Of a DNA stretch of 64,000 nucleotides, positions 1 to 13,020 are shown one piece after another. The DNA is from Isurus oxyrinchus. Taxonomy: Eukaryota. Made by a program: the position numbers and the translations under genes. The notes beneath the pieces are model-generated. The model saw only the letters and a list, made by a program, of their open reading frames with translations. It did not search any database and was not told the DNA's origin. The stretch's first letter is position 1. Each line of letters begins with the position of its first letter. Location of the stretch: assembly GCA_026770705.1 (NCBI GenBank), contig JANJGN010000724.1, positions 124,001-188,000 of the forward strand, in the 5' to 3' direction.

Positions 1-303
1 ATTTTGGACTGTTGCCTTAAACAGGCTCTGTAACTGGGAGTCAGGTTAATTAGGAATTTGAGAATATATTTTAGCTGTAACTAACCGTGGTATTATGTCT
101 GTACTTGAAATCTTTTATTTTGTTAATAAATATCTTAATTGAATTTTTAAAATGTCTAAAGGTTGTGGTCAACTCATTACTCCTGAATTCAGTGCACGCT
201 TCTTGTAATAAATACAAATTGCAAAACTATTGTGATAGCGTGACCAATTTTCCCTTGTGGATTTGGAGCACCAAGCACACATCATCTGCCATGTCATGTC
301 ACA
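1..303. mobile_element. End of an LTR-like element abutting a LINE; same family as 47902-48625, opposite orientation
   Basis: 240-303 resembles the reverse complement of 47902-47965; ends in tcaca. Confidence 0.6.
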
Positions 304-1372
304 GGGAAAACTCTCCACTCGTTGGATTCATACCAAGTACAAAGGAAGGTGGTTGTGGTTGTTGGAGGTCAGTCATCTCAGTTCCAGGACATCACTGCAG
401 GAGTTGCTCAGCGTAGTGTCCTAGGCCCAACCATCTTCAGCTGCTTCATCAATGACATTCATTCTATCAGATGGTCAGAATTATGGAAGGTCGCTGATGA
501 TTGCACAACATTCAACATCATTCATGACTCATCAGATGCTGAAGCAGTCCATGTCCAAATGCAGCAAGACCTGGACAATATCCAGGCTTGGCCTGACAAG
601 TGGCAAGTAACATTCATGCCACACAAGTGCCAGGCAATGACCATTTCCAACCAGAGAGAATATATCCATCTCCCCTTAATGTCCAATAGCATCACCATTG
701 CTGAATCCCACACTATCAACACTCTGGGGGTTACCAATGACTAGAAACTGAACTGTACTAGCCATATAAACACTGTGACTATAAGAGCAGGCCAGAGCCT
801 GGGAATCCTGTGGTGAGTAACTCACCTCCTGACTCCCCAAAGCCTGTCCACCAACCTCAAGGCACAGGTCACAAGTGATGGAATACTCTCCACTTTCCTA
901 GATGAGTGCAGCTCCAACAACACTCAAGAAGCTCGACACCGTCCAGGACAAAGCAGCCCCGCTTGATTTGCGCCCCGTCCACAAACATTCTCTCCCTCTA
1001 CAACTGACGCACAGTGTGTGTACCATCTACAAGATGCAATGCAGGGCGTCACCAAGCCTCCTTAGACAGCACCTTCCAAACACATGATCACTACCATCTC
1101 GAAGGACAAGGGCAGCAGACACATGGGAACACCACCACCTGGAAGTTCCCCTCCAAGTCACTCACCATCCTGACTTGGAAATATATCACCGTTCCTTCAC
1201 TGTCGCTGGGTCAGAATCCTGCAACACCCTCCCAAACAGTTCTGTGGGTGTACATACACCACAGGGACTGCAGCAGCTCAGGAAGGCAGATCACCACCAT
1301 ATTCTCAAGGACAATTAGGGATGGGCAATAAATTCTGGCCTAGCCAGTGTCAGTGAATGAATACAAAAAAGA
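304..1372 (+). mobile_element. CR1/L2-clade LINE, 3' part of RT plus tail
   Basis: QRSVLGPTIFSCFIND..ADD..QQDLD..W motifs; 3' tail ending in an A-rich run. Confidence 0.9.
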
Positions 1373-1789
1373 AGCAATTAAAATGCCCTGACATTTCTGT
1401 ACATATTTATCAAATTAAATACGTACTCTAGTGAATAATTCCATTCTTCAAGGCACCACTTCCTGTTGTCACATGCCCTTCTGATTATTTAAATTCCTGT
1501 GTCATTGGTAATGGAACATTCCCATGTAAACATGTCACACTGTAATTACAGCCTCCTACCAGTGGTGGTGCTTTAGTGTCCTAGTTTTGCTTCTCAGAGA
1601 CTGGAGGAGCTGTATACATTGTGTTTACAATATTAGTAACACTCAGGGGTGACCAGGGGGATTCTTTTGGCCAAGTTTACGATGTTGCTAAGATACAATG
1701 GCCCCGTGGGATATTTCCTACTGCGTTTACAAGGTTGAATTGAAGAGATTTTTGAAGTGTCTGGCACAGTTTTATTAAGGTCCCCTCAC

Positions 1790-2305
1790 ATCCAATCTGG
1801 AGTCACTGGGTTCAGTTCTGAGTCCAGCAGCTTAGGAAGGATATATTGTCCTTGGAGGGGGTACTGTGCAGAGTCACCAGGATGATCCCGGGTCTGAAAG
1901 GGTTAAATCCCGAGGACAGGTTGCACAGACCAGGCTTGTGGTCCCTCGAGTCTCGAAGATTAAGGGGTGATCTAATCGAGGGGTTTAAGATGATTAAAGG
2001 CTTTGTTACGGGCAATAGAGAGAAACTATTTCCTCTGATGGGGTTGAGGTGAGGAGGGTTCAGAACAAGGGGGCAGAACATTAACATTGGAGCCAGGCCG
2101 TTCAGGGGGTGATGTCAGGAAGCACTTCTTCACACAAAGCGGGGGTGGAAATCTGGAACTCTCTCCCCCAGAAAAAGCTGTCGATTGTAAATTTCAAAAC
2201 TGAGATTGGGAGATTGTTGTTGGGTCGGGGGTTAAGGGTTACAGAACCGAGGCGGGTGGATGGGGTTAAGATACAGATCGGACGTGATCCAATCAAATGT
2301 TAGGA
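1790..2305 (+). mobile_element. CR1 LINE 3' fragment
   Basis: LWSLESRRLRGDLIE motif. Confidence 0.85.
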
Positions 2306-2999
2306 CGGTGAGTCTCAGGGAGGCTGGCCCAACCCCAGACGCAGCCGTCTCTGTGACCTGCTTCAACCCTGTTGGTCAGCAATGACAACATGAGTTGATG
2401 TTAGCCTGATATGTAGTGCATGGAGGGATATTACTCTCCAGGGTGTGTGTGCATCACAGTGCTCATTCACATGTGTTCCATGTGCACCTACATCAGCTGT
2501 GTAGACATACAAGCCTCAATACTGCATCCGGGGAATGTGCCATGTCTCACACCTTAGCTGCAGCACGACCCTTCACTTGGAGCTCTGTGTGCTCGAGACA
2601 TATTTTGTTATTTTTTCCTGCCGTCTCTGTGTCCCCCGACCCGGGAGTGAAAATCCGGCCTTAACTTCCACTTTCTAGTGTCTGAGACAAGAGGCAATGA
2701 GTGAGTGGGCTGACGGTCAGGATTAATGCTGTTAATCTGTGTTTGAGGGGCTGTGAATTCTCGGGGGACTAGTTACTCTCTGAGCAGCAGCTTCCAAATC
2801 CTTATTTGATGCCGTGCATATGGGGTTGGAAGATTCTTTTTAAAACCACAGGCAGTTCACAGAAACCCACAGGAAACCCACAGAGAGACAGTCACTGAGA
2901 AAGTCACTCACTCCTTGTGGTTTCACCTTTTAACCACATCCTGTCTGTGTGCCTTAAATGTTAAACACAGTGGCCAGACTCAAGGAGGTTTCACTCTGT

Positions 3000-3223
3000 N
3001 NNNNNNNNNNNNNNNNNNNNNNNNNNNNNNNNNNNNNNNNNNNNNNNNNNNNNNNNNNNNNNNNNNNNNNNNNNNNNNNNNNNNNNNNNNNNNNNNNNNN
3101 NNNNNNNNNNNNNNNNNNNNNNNNNNNNNNNNNNNNNNNNNNNNNNNNNNNNNNNNNNNNNNNNNNNNNNNNNNNNNNNNNNNNNNNNNNNNNNNNNNNN
3201 NNNNNNNNNNNNNNNNNNNNNNN
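3000..3223. other. Assembly gap
   Basis: Run of N. Confidence 1.
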
Positions 3224-4130
3224 CAGACAGACACAAACACACACATTCACACACACACACATTCACTCACACACTCACTCACACACACAAACACACACAC
3301 AAAGACAATATCCCAATGACAACAAACTGCGATTAAGAACTTCCTACAACTTAACTAAGAGACCAAAGACATATTGAACTGTCTAAAAGCGACCTGTTTT
3401 TCAAAGAAATACAAGATTGTACACAGATCAAAAATGGCTGACACAAGTCACCTGATTGCTGATACTGTGAAGTTGATCACTTCTCTGGAAAGGTTCAAAT
3501 GAATTGCACTGCAGACCTGTTGCATGGAAGTTCACGCCTGGGGTGTGTCAGGGTCCACTTCAAATAGAGACACTCTTAAAAGGAAGGCATTAAAATGTAA
3601 AGTGCTGGACTTTGATCAGCTGTAGTTCAATCAAAACATTGGGAACTGCTCACCAAGCGGATAATCATCAACCATTCAAAACCCCCTGTGGAGGATACAA
3701 TACCCCCGTCTCCTGTTGATTTATATCTTGAAATGCATCAAAGGTTTCAGAGATGCAAAATAAAAAAATGGGAATACTTGGTCTATAACAATGAATGCAA
3801 AACATGCTGATCGAATTGACTTCAGGGATATACAGACAGGAGTTTAACAAATGGTTCTGCCAAGCAGATATAAGAGAAAGGAGGGGAAAAAGAAATATGG
3901 CAGTCTTCCACAAACACTGCTGGAAAAGAGCAGAAATTCTCTCTCTCTCTCTCTCTCTTTCTGAAGCTAACAGCGCATCTTCAACAAAGTGCAAATCTGA
4001 ATCAAATCACCACCAGGATGCCACAGGAAACCAATTAACCTTGAACAGCTGCAAACGTCAACAATCTACACCTCAAAGACAAGCTATTGTATTAATCATA
4101 TATTCTTTTAAATTTTTATTGGACTCTAAC

Positions 4131-4270
4131 NNNNNNNNNNNNNNNNNNNNNNNNNNNNNNNNNNNNNNNNNNNNNNNNNNNNNNNNNNNNNNNNNNNNNN
4201 NNNNNNNNNNNNNNNNNNNNNNNNNNNNNNNNNNNNNNNNNNNNNNNNNNNNNNNNNNNNNNNNNNNNNN
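4131..4270. other. Assembly gap
   Basis: Run of N. Confidence 1.
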
Positions 4271-4532
4271 AGTGAGTGTGTGTCTGTCTATGTACCCTTG
4301 TGAGTGAGTGTGTGTGTGTGTGTACATGTGTGCGTGTGGATTGTTGCATCTTTATTATTAACGTTATTTAAAAATAGTGATCACACAAGCCTGGTTTCTA
4401 AGGAAATGAAACTGCAAACAATTTACAGTAAAGTGAAACGTACAGGAATAATCTATTTATTTTGAGCTGATGATATATAATTATACATGAGGCATGTTGC
4501 TAATTTCAAATGTCATCTGAAATATGGCAGGT

Positions 4533-4690
4533 CTGACAGTGCAGCACTCCCTCAGCACTGACCCTTTGAGAGTGCAGCACTCCTTCAGTACCGACCCTCC
4601 GACAGTGCAGCACTCCCTCAGTACTTACCCTCTGACAGTGCAGCACGCCCTCAGTACTGATCCTCTGACAGTGCAGCACTCCCTCACCAC
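4533..4690 (+). repeat. Short 33-bp minisatellite array
   Basis: About 5 tandem units. Confidence 0.9.
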
Positions 4691-4759
4691 TCCCTCACTG
4701 GGGAGAATCTACCTGGGTTTTGAGCTGAAATCATGAGCAGGTCTTAAAACATTCTGTAT

Positions 4760-6506
4760 CAGAGAGAGAGAGAGTGTCTGAGAGACAGAGAGAGACCGAG
4801 AGACTGTGTGAGAGAGAAAAAGAGATAGAGAGAGTGTGTGCATGTGTGAGGGAGAGTGTTTGTATATGAGGGAGAGAGTGTGCATGTGATAATGTGTGAG
4901 AGAGAGTGTGTGGGAGAGAGCGTGTGTTTGTGACAGAGAGAGTGTGTGTGTGTGAGAGAGAGTGTGTGTGAGAGAGAGTGTGTGTGTGACAGAGAGTGTG
5001 TGTGTGTGTGAGAGAGAGTGTGTGTGAGAGAGCGTGTGTTTGTGACAGAGAGTGTGTGTGTGTGTGAGAGAGAGTGTGTGTGAGAGAGCGTGTGTTTGTG
5101 ACAGAGAGTGTGTATGTGTGCGAGGGAGAGAAAGAGGGAGACAGCAGAAGATCGAGATGAAGAGAAATGTTAAATGTTTGAGAGAGAGAGAATGTGTGTG
5201 TCTGAGAGAGAGAGTGTGTGTGTGTGAGAGAGAGTGTGTGCTTGACAGAAAGAGAGATTGTGTTATTTTTAGGGAAAGTGTGTGAGTGTGTGAGAGAGTG
5301 TTTGTGTCTGAGAGAGAGAGAGAATGTATTTGAGGGAGGGAGACAGAGAGAATGTGTGTGTGAGAGAGAGAGAGATAGAGCAGAAGAGTGTGATAGAGAG
5401 AGATTGTGTTTGTTAGAGAGAGAAAGTGTGTGTGTGAGAGAGAGAGAGATAGAGCAGAAGAGTGTGATAGAGAGAGATTGTGAGTGTTAGAGAAAGAATG
5501 TGTGTGTGTGTGAGAGAGATAGAGCAGAAGAGTGTGATAGAGAGAGATTGTGAGTGTTAGAGAGAGAAGGTGTGTGTGTGAGAGAGAGAGAGATAGAGCA
5601 GAAGAGTGCGATAGAGAGAGATTGTGAGTGTTAGAGAGAGAATGTGTGTGTGTGTGTGAGAGAGATAGAGCAGAAGAGTGTGATAGAGAGAGATTGTGAG
5701 TGTTAGAGAGAGAAGGTGTGTGTGTGTGAGAGAGAGAGATAGAGCAGAAGAGTGTGATAGAGAGAGATTGTGAGTGTTAGAGAGAGAATGTGTGTGTGAG
5801 AGAGAGAGAGATAGAGCAGAAGAGTGTGATAGAGAGAGATTGTGAGTGTTAGAGAGAGAATGTGTGTGTGTGAGAGAGAGAGAGATAGAGCAGAAGAGTG
5901 TGATAGAGAGAGATTGTGAGTGTTAGAGAGAGAATGTGTGTGTGTGAGAGAGAGAGAGAGAGCAGAAGAGTGTGATAGAGAGAGATTGTGTTTGTTAGAG
6001 AGAGAATGTGTGTGTGTGAGAGAGAGATAGAGCAGAAGACTGTGATAGAGAGAGATTGTGTTTGTTAGAGAGAGAAAGTGTGTGTGTGAGAGAGAGAGAG
6101 ACAGAGCAGAAGAGTGTGATAGAGAGAGATTGTGAATGTTAGAGAGAGAAAGTGTGTGTGAGAGAGAGAGAGATAGAGCAGAAGAGTGTGATAGAGAGAG
6201 ATTGTGAGTGTTAGAGAGAGAATGTGTGTGTGTGAGAGAGAGAGAGATAGAGCAGAAGAGTGTGATAGAGAGAGATTGTGAATGTTAGAGAGAGAATGTG
6301 TGTGTGAGAGAGAGATAGAGCAGAAGAGTGTGATAGAGAGAGATTGTGAGTGTTAGAGAGAGAATGTGTGTGTGTGAGAGAGAGAGAGAGATCGAGCAGA
6401 GGAGTGTTTTAGAGAGAGATTGTGTTTGTTAGAGAGAGAATGTGTGTGTGTGAGAGAGAGATAGAGCAGAAGAGTGTGATAGAGATTATGAGTGTTAGAG
6501 AGAGAA

Positions 6507-6538
<32 letters not shown>

Positions 6539-6860
6539 CAGAAGAGTGCGATAGAGAGAGATTGTGAGTGTTAGAGAGAGAATGTGTGTGTGTGAGAGAG
6601 AGAGAGAGATAGAGCAGAAGAGTGTGATAGAGAGAGATTGTGAGTGTTAGAGAGAGAATGTGTGTGTGTGTGAGAGAGAGAGATAGAGCAGAAGAGTGTG
6701 ATAGAGAGAGATTGTGAGTGTTAGAGAGAGAATGTGTGTGTGAGAGAGAGAGATAGAGCAGAAGAGTGCGATAGAGAGAGATTATGAGTGTTAGAGAGAG
6801 AATGTGAGTGTGAGAGAGAGAGATAGAGCAGAAGAGTGCGATAGATAGATATTGTGAGGG
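4760..6860 (+). repeat. GA/GT microsatellite grading into a ~60-65-bp compound minisatellite (gatagagcagaagagtgtgatagagagagattgtgagtgttag...)
   Basis: About 24 units from ~5370, with variable (GT)n/(GA)n tracts. Confidence 0.95.
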
Positions 6861-7122
6861 CTAAACTCACTGAGAGAAAAAGCTGGACACCCAGCACAGG
6901 GAGTGAGGGAACAATGAATTTTTGCCGTGTTTGGTGAATTGGTTTGCGATGTCCCTTCTCAATCTCTCCTTCCTTGTCTTGACATTAGTTTATTCCCTGG
7001 GGCTGTTTAACTCACTGAAAGGTGCCATTTAACCACAAGTTGTTGTTTGAGGAAGAAACGCTGGGGACAATTTATGAAAAAGTCTCTGTCTTTATCATTT
7101 CCATTTAGATGAGGAACTGAAG

Positions 7123-8275
7123 ATGGGAGAGGTCGGTCTGATATTGATCTTCATCAGCTTGCTGCAAGGTACAAATTCATTACTGATCGGAACTCAGGGA
7201 ATTGGATTCTTTCCTGGAGTGAGGAAGTGAACATTTAATTTTAGAGAACAGGGTTAGTGATCACACAGAGAGTGAGTGATTAGCGAGTCAGAGAATTTAG
7301 CAAAAGAAAAAGCCTCATACGGACTCGAAACACCAACTCTGTTTCTCTCTCCACAGATGCTGTCAGACCTGCTGAGTTTTTCCAGCATTTTCTGTTTGTG
7401 CACCAGAGAGCTTGTTTCAATAGGAATGACAGTGCATTTATATAGCACCTTTAATGCAGTAAAACATCCTTATTGCTTCACAGGATTCCCCCACAAGGGG
7501 TAACATCCCCTCAGCATCCACCCTGTCAAACCCCCCACCACCTCAGAATCTTATATGTTTCAATAAGATCACCTCTCATTCTTCTAAACTCCAATGGATA
7601 CAGGGCCCAACCTGCTCAACATTTCCTCATAAGACAAACCCCCTTCATCCCAGGAATCAGCCCAGTGATCCTCCTCTGAGCTGCCTCCAATGCAGAGTCT
7701 ATCCCTCCCTAAGTAAGGAGACCAGAACTGTACACACTGCTCCTGATACAATCTCACCAACGCCCTGTGCAGCTGTTGCAAGACTTCCCTCCTTTTATAC
7801 TCCATCCCTTTGCAATAAAGGCCAACATTCCACTTGCCTTCCTCATTCCGTGCTGTTCCTGAATGCTGACTTTCTGTGATTCATGTACAAGGACACCCAG
7901 ATCCCTTTGTTCCGCATTCTGCTGCCTCTCTCCATTGAAGTAATATTCTGCTTTTTGATGTCCTGTCTCTTCCCTTGTTGCCTTTCAGGAGTGACGTCAG
8001 AGGGATGGTCTATGAAGGCGCTGCCTCGGAGGGCCATCAGCAGCTCTTGTGTGGTTATTCCGTGTAGCTTTGACTTTCCTTCCCACTCTTACACAGCACT
8101 GCACGGAGCTTGGTATAAATATTGGTATAGATGGAAATATACCATCACATACACCAAAGATCCCAACTATGGGATGGCCACATTCGTGGGACATGCTAAA
8201 ATAATCGCCGACTTGGAAGGGAAGAATTGTTTGGTGAGGATTGACAGTCTCAGAGCTGAAGACAGTGACGTGTAT
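7123..8275 (+). pseudogene. Divergent MAG/Siglec-like gene fragment: signal exon 7123-7168 (MGEVGLILIFISLLQG) plus V exon 7989-~8275
   Basis: caag|gt and tttcag| phase-1 sites; GWSM..SSCVVIPCSFDFP..GAWYK..KNCLVRIDSLRAEDSDVY, then abruptly Gypsy gag sequence. Confidence 0.8.
7490..7920 (-). mobile_element. CR1 LINE 3' fragment in the intron of the 7.1-kb gene
   Basis: EYKRREV..ALVR..CVQFWSP motif. Confidence 0.8.
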
Positions 8276-8284
8276 TGCACCCAA

Positions 8285-9345
8285 TTCTAAATCTTTTCAC
8301 CAATTAGTCGACCTCATGAAGATGTGTTTTCAGCTGAAGCCGTGGGTAATAATGAAAAGGTTTAAGTTTAACTCCAGAGTAAGGGCCCAGGGAGAGTCCA
8401 TCGCAACCTATACAGTGAAGTGGAAGCAGGTGACTGAGCACTGGGACCTCGGAGACACACTCAATGACATGTTGCGGGGCCGATTGGTTTGTGTCGTTCA
8501 CCCCAACGCCATTCAGAGCCGTTTACTCACAGAAGCCGACATCAATTTGAAGCGCTCCATGAAAATAGCGCCAGGCATGGAAAGTGCTGGGTGAGACTGG
8601 CGGGATTTACAGGATGTACAACATGGCACCAGTCCTCAGCTGGGACAGGAAACAACCACCGGGCGTGAGGCTCAAACTGGAGAGAGAGAGAGAGAGAGAG
8701 AGACAGCCGCCAAGCGAGAGACAGTCTCTGCCGCTCCAGAAACTAAAAGGCTTCGTGGGAGTATTTCAGCAGCAACTCCGAAGTTGGTCTGTTCTCGATG
8801 TGGGGGGCATTGAGCACGTACTGGACACCTGCAGGTCCAAGGGGGCAGAATGCCATCACTGCCACAAGAAAGGGGTGGGTAATAAAGCAATGCAGGGTGA
8901 AATCGAGACAGCCCATCAGACAGTGCACCAACATGATGGAAGTGAATAATATCACAGAGCCTGAAGCTGCTGATACCGATGTCTATTCCCTGTCCAATGT
9001 CACAGTGGTAAAAACTGAACCTATAACCATCACAACCCAAGTGAATGGGCAGCCACTAGTAATGGGGCAGATACGGGAGCCTCAGACACAGTGGTGGAAG
9101 AGCCCACATTTAAACAGCTAAATGAAGGAACCCAGACGCTGAATTTAGAGCCAACAATGGATCAGCTGAAGACACACACTGGAGAATCCATACAGGGAAA
9201 GGACCTCATCCCAGTACCTGTGTCCTACAGGCAGCAGACAGCCCAGCTTCCAGTGATCATAGCGACAGGTGAGGGCCCTAGTCTTCTGGGCCGAGACTGG
9301 TTCCAGAAAACCAAGCTCAGCTGCTCTGAAATGTTTCACTGGAGG
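8285..9345 (+). mobile_element. Degenerate Ty3/Gypsy gag-protease fragment
   Basis: RFKFNSR..QGESIATY..LNDMLRGRLVC gag; CxxC zinc-knuckle remnants; VNGQPL..DTGAS..GPSLLGRDW protease motifs split by frameshifts. Confidence 0.85.
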
Positions 9346-9850
9346 AGTTGCTGAGTTGCTGGGGGAATATGAGAGTGTATCTCGGAATGAGTTTGAAGAA
9401 TTGAAGCATCCTCACAGGCTGCAAGTGTCCCTCAGGTCAGAGTTGGTTCCACTGGAAAATCCTGAAGAGAAAGAAAGCGAATTCTGTGCCGCTCTGAGCA
9501 AACTGAAGAAACAGTTGGCAGGGAAGACCCAACCATGTCCAATGTTCCAGGAGGAAGGCAAGAGATACAAGGAAGAGACTGAAGAGCTGAAGATTCAGCT
9601 GAATGAAACCAAAGAGGCAGTTACAGTATCACAACAATTTTACAGTGCAGAAGGAGGCCATTCAGCCCCTCGAGCCTGTTACACAGGAACAGGAGCAAGC
9701 CCATTCAGCCCCCTCGAGCCTGTTACACAAGAACAGGAGGAGGCCCATTCAGCCCCATTGAGCCTGTTACACAGAAAAAGGACGAGGCCCATTCAGCCAC
9801 TGATGCCCGTTACACAGGAACAGGAGGAGGCCATTCAGCCCCTTGTAGGG

Positions 9851-11074
9851 TGTGGTGGTGTGTGTCAGCTTCACCTGCGACTTCTGAGCCGTCTGAATCA
9901 CTCCCACTCCCTGGGTTCTAGACCTTGGACTTATTCGGGGCTTGTCACAAAGTGCAGCAGACAACTGGTTTTGGTGCAAGACAAAAACTGAGTTTATTGA
10001 AGTCACAAATGAACTTCTAACATTAGGATGACACTGAGATTATACAGACTTACAAAGTACACTCAGTTAAGAATAGGGAACACATGGCATAACGAGGGAG
10101 AATCACGCTACTAATGCCCTTACCCTTGTCCCACCCCCCATCCCTAACTAAATTGCACTAGGAGAGGTCAGGGGTCACGCTCACCAACCCAGGGTTCCTT
10201 GACAGGTGGAAATCCAGCCAGGTAAGCCGGTTGCAGTTTTGGGGGACGCTCTTTGTGTCCTCTGGGGCCTGTCATCCCCACGTGGTCCTGGTCTGTGGAA
10301 TCTGTGAAGGGTCTTCAGTTGGGTGGAGGGCGCGGTTGTGGGTGGTCGATCTTCATGGAGGGCAGCGGTTGTGGCCTTGTTGTCTTCGGTTGAGCCTGCC
10401 ACCCCGTGCCCCTCACCGTGATGTTGCCTGTGGGCCTGCAAACCTCCAGATCTCCTTGCTTAAACTCTGTTTCAACCGCTCCCAACTGCTCACTGCCCTG
10501 TGTCAGCTTTCAACACTGCAACCCTTCTGCTGGCTGGTTTCTCTCCCAACTGACTGCCCAGTTACACTGCCTTTCGAGTTTCTTATCGCAATCCAAATCA
10601 AGGTTCGTTCTTTGTTTGTCTTTGGTGGGCTTCCCCAGGTGATTGATGTCTCGTTGTTGTTAATGGGCTCGCATGATGTTTATCATTGTCTTCCTGCCCA
10701 GTAACTAGTTTTGAACTGAAAGCCATTGTATGTGTGGAGTATTGATGGGTTCGCATAATTAAATTGCCGGCCTCAGAAGTTAGGAGCGATTATTGATGCA
10801 AGATTTAGATGGGCTTCAGTTGCGTGTGAAGTGAAGTCTTTCTCTGGGTTGATTGTATTAAAGGGAAGAATGCGTATTCTGTCTCCTCTCGTTGTCTGGT
10901 TTCAGGCCAAACATTCCACACTGCTCTCAATAAGCCCGGACATGTGCAGCCCCAGGCCTTCATGGGCCCAGCCTCCTGTCTGCAGGGTTTTCCACTTAAC
11001 TCAGCAGTTTAAAGGTGCAAAAGTGATATCCTTGTTGATGATATGGAAAATGTGGGAATTTTGAGAACCCTTCA
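9851..11074 (-). mobile_element. Possible long solo LTR
   Basis: On the minus strand it begins TGAAGG and ends CA, with AATAAA about 140 nt from the end; no target-site duplication found. Confidence 0.3.
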
Positions 11075-11469
11075 AGAGATAGGGAGGGTTACAGGGGCTG
11101 GAGGAGGTTACAGGTATAGGGAGGGGTGTAGGGGTTGAAGGTGGTTACAGAGATGGGGAGGGTTGTGGGGGTTGGAGGTGGTTACAGATATAGGGAGGGG
11201 TGTCGGGGTTGAAGGTGGTTACAGAGATGGGGAGGATTGTAGAGGCAGGTGGAGGCTGCCTTAGGGAGGGTTGTAGGGGCTGGAGGAAAGGGAGAGAGAG
11301 AGGAGGTTACAGGTATAGGGAGGGAGACAGTCAGAGAGAGAGCCTCCAGGAGATAGAGAGCGATAGAGAGATTGAGAGACAGACAGAGACTGAGAGAGGG
11401 AGAAGAGAGAAGGAGAGTGAGAGAGAGAGAGAACAAGTGTGAAAGATGGTGGAAGGGAAGAGTGGGGAG

Positions 11470-11822
11470 GTGTTGGCCTGATGGTATTTTCACTGGACCA
11501 GTAATCCAGAGACCCAGTGTAATGCTCCTGGGACCCTGGTTAGAATCCCATCACAGCAGTTGGTGGAATTTGAACTCAGTAAAAACCTGGAATTAAAAGT
11601 CCGATGATGACCAGGAAACCATTGCTGATTCTTGTATTTGGGTCACAAATGCCCTTTAGGGAGGGAAATCTGCTGTCCTTACCTGGTCTGGCCTACATGT
11701 GACTCCAGACCCACAGCAATGTGGTTCACTTTTAAAAAGTGGCCTCTGAACAAGGGCAATTAGGGTTGGGCAATAAATGCTGGCCTAGGCAGTGATGTCC
11801 ACATCACATGAAAGAATGAAAT
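11470..11822 (+). mobile_element. tRNA-derived SINE with a LINE-like 3' tail
   Basis: Degenerate A/B-box head; tail gcaattagggttgggcaataaatgctggcctag shared with LINE ends at ~1312-1345 and ~23015-23050. Confidence 0.7.
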
Positions 11823-12399
11823 AAAAGGACAGAGAGGGACAGACAGAGTCGAGAGACACCCAGAATGAAAAAAACACAGTAAACACTGGAAAATAAACAT
11901 TCTGGTCTGATCTGGTCTTGTATACCTTCAAATGGAACATCAGTAAAACAGGGAAATAAGAGTACTGGGCCAAACTGTTAGAGAGGGTCACATTTAGAGA
12001 GAGAGAGAGAGAGAGAAAGAGGGAGACACTGAAAGAGATAAGGACAAGGAAAGAAAGAGTGAGAGAGAGAGACAGACAGAGACACACAAAGAAGTAGAAA
12101 GAAAGTGATAGAGATGAAGCAGGAGAGAATGAGGAGAAAGATAGATAGATAGAGAGAGAGGATGGTAGAGAAAGAGAACGAGAGGAAAAGAGACAAAGGC
12201 AGAATGTGATGGAACACTGAATCCTTGTCTATGCGTTTTGAAATCCAGCCCAGAACTATCATTGGAAGATTCAGCGAGTGTCCAGTACAGGGGACCCAGC
12301 CCAACCTTCTCATCCTGACCTTCCCAGTGGGGCTGAAGAGGGCAGAGAGGAAACCTTCCTCTGTTATTCTGTTGTCGAATAAACACAACAATTCTGGAA

Positions 12400-13020
12400 C
12401 TCTGCCCTTTCTATCTCACGGATTAGAATATAAGGGGGCAGAGGTCATGCTTCAGTCTACATAAAGCCCTGGCTAGACCACACCTGGAGTCACTGTGAGA
12501 CATTCTGGGCCCCACACCTGAGGAAGGATATATTGACCTCGGAGGGAGAGCAGTGTCAGTTTACCAGAATGAGACCGAGACTCCAAGGGTTAAATCACAA
12601 GGAGAGATTAAACACAAACTCGGCTTGTATTCCTTGGAAGTTAGAATGTTAAGCAGGAGATTTGATGAAAGTTCGCATGATAATAAGGGGAACAGATTGG
12701 GGGCGATAAAGAGAAACCATTTCCCCTGGTTGGGGGGAGTCTGGGACTCGGGGTCAGAGCCTAAAAAGGAGAGGCTGACCTTTCAGGAGTGAAATTAGGA
12801 AGCACAAAGTGTGGGAGAAATTTGGAACGGTCTTCCCCAAACTGAAACTGATGCACGATCAAGTTGTTCATTTTAAAACTGTGAGACTAATAGATTTTTG
12901 TTATCCAAAGGTATTAAAGGAGATGGGACAAAGCCATATGGGGCTAGTTTGCAGCCATGATCTCATTGAATGGTGGAGCAGGCTCGAGGGGCCAAATGGC
13001 CTCCTCCTACCCTCATGTAA
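12400..13020 (+). mobile_element. CR1 LINE 3' fragment
   Basis: GLEYKGAEVMLQ..LGLYSLE motifs and CR1-type tail. Confidence 0.75.

Noticed and set aside
2915-4349. ORFs containing long X runs
   Set aside because: Artefacts of assembly gaps and CA/GT microsatellites
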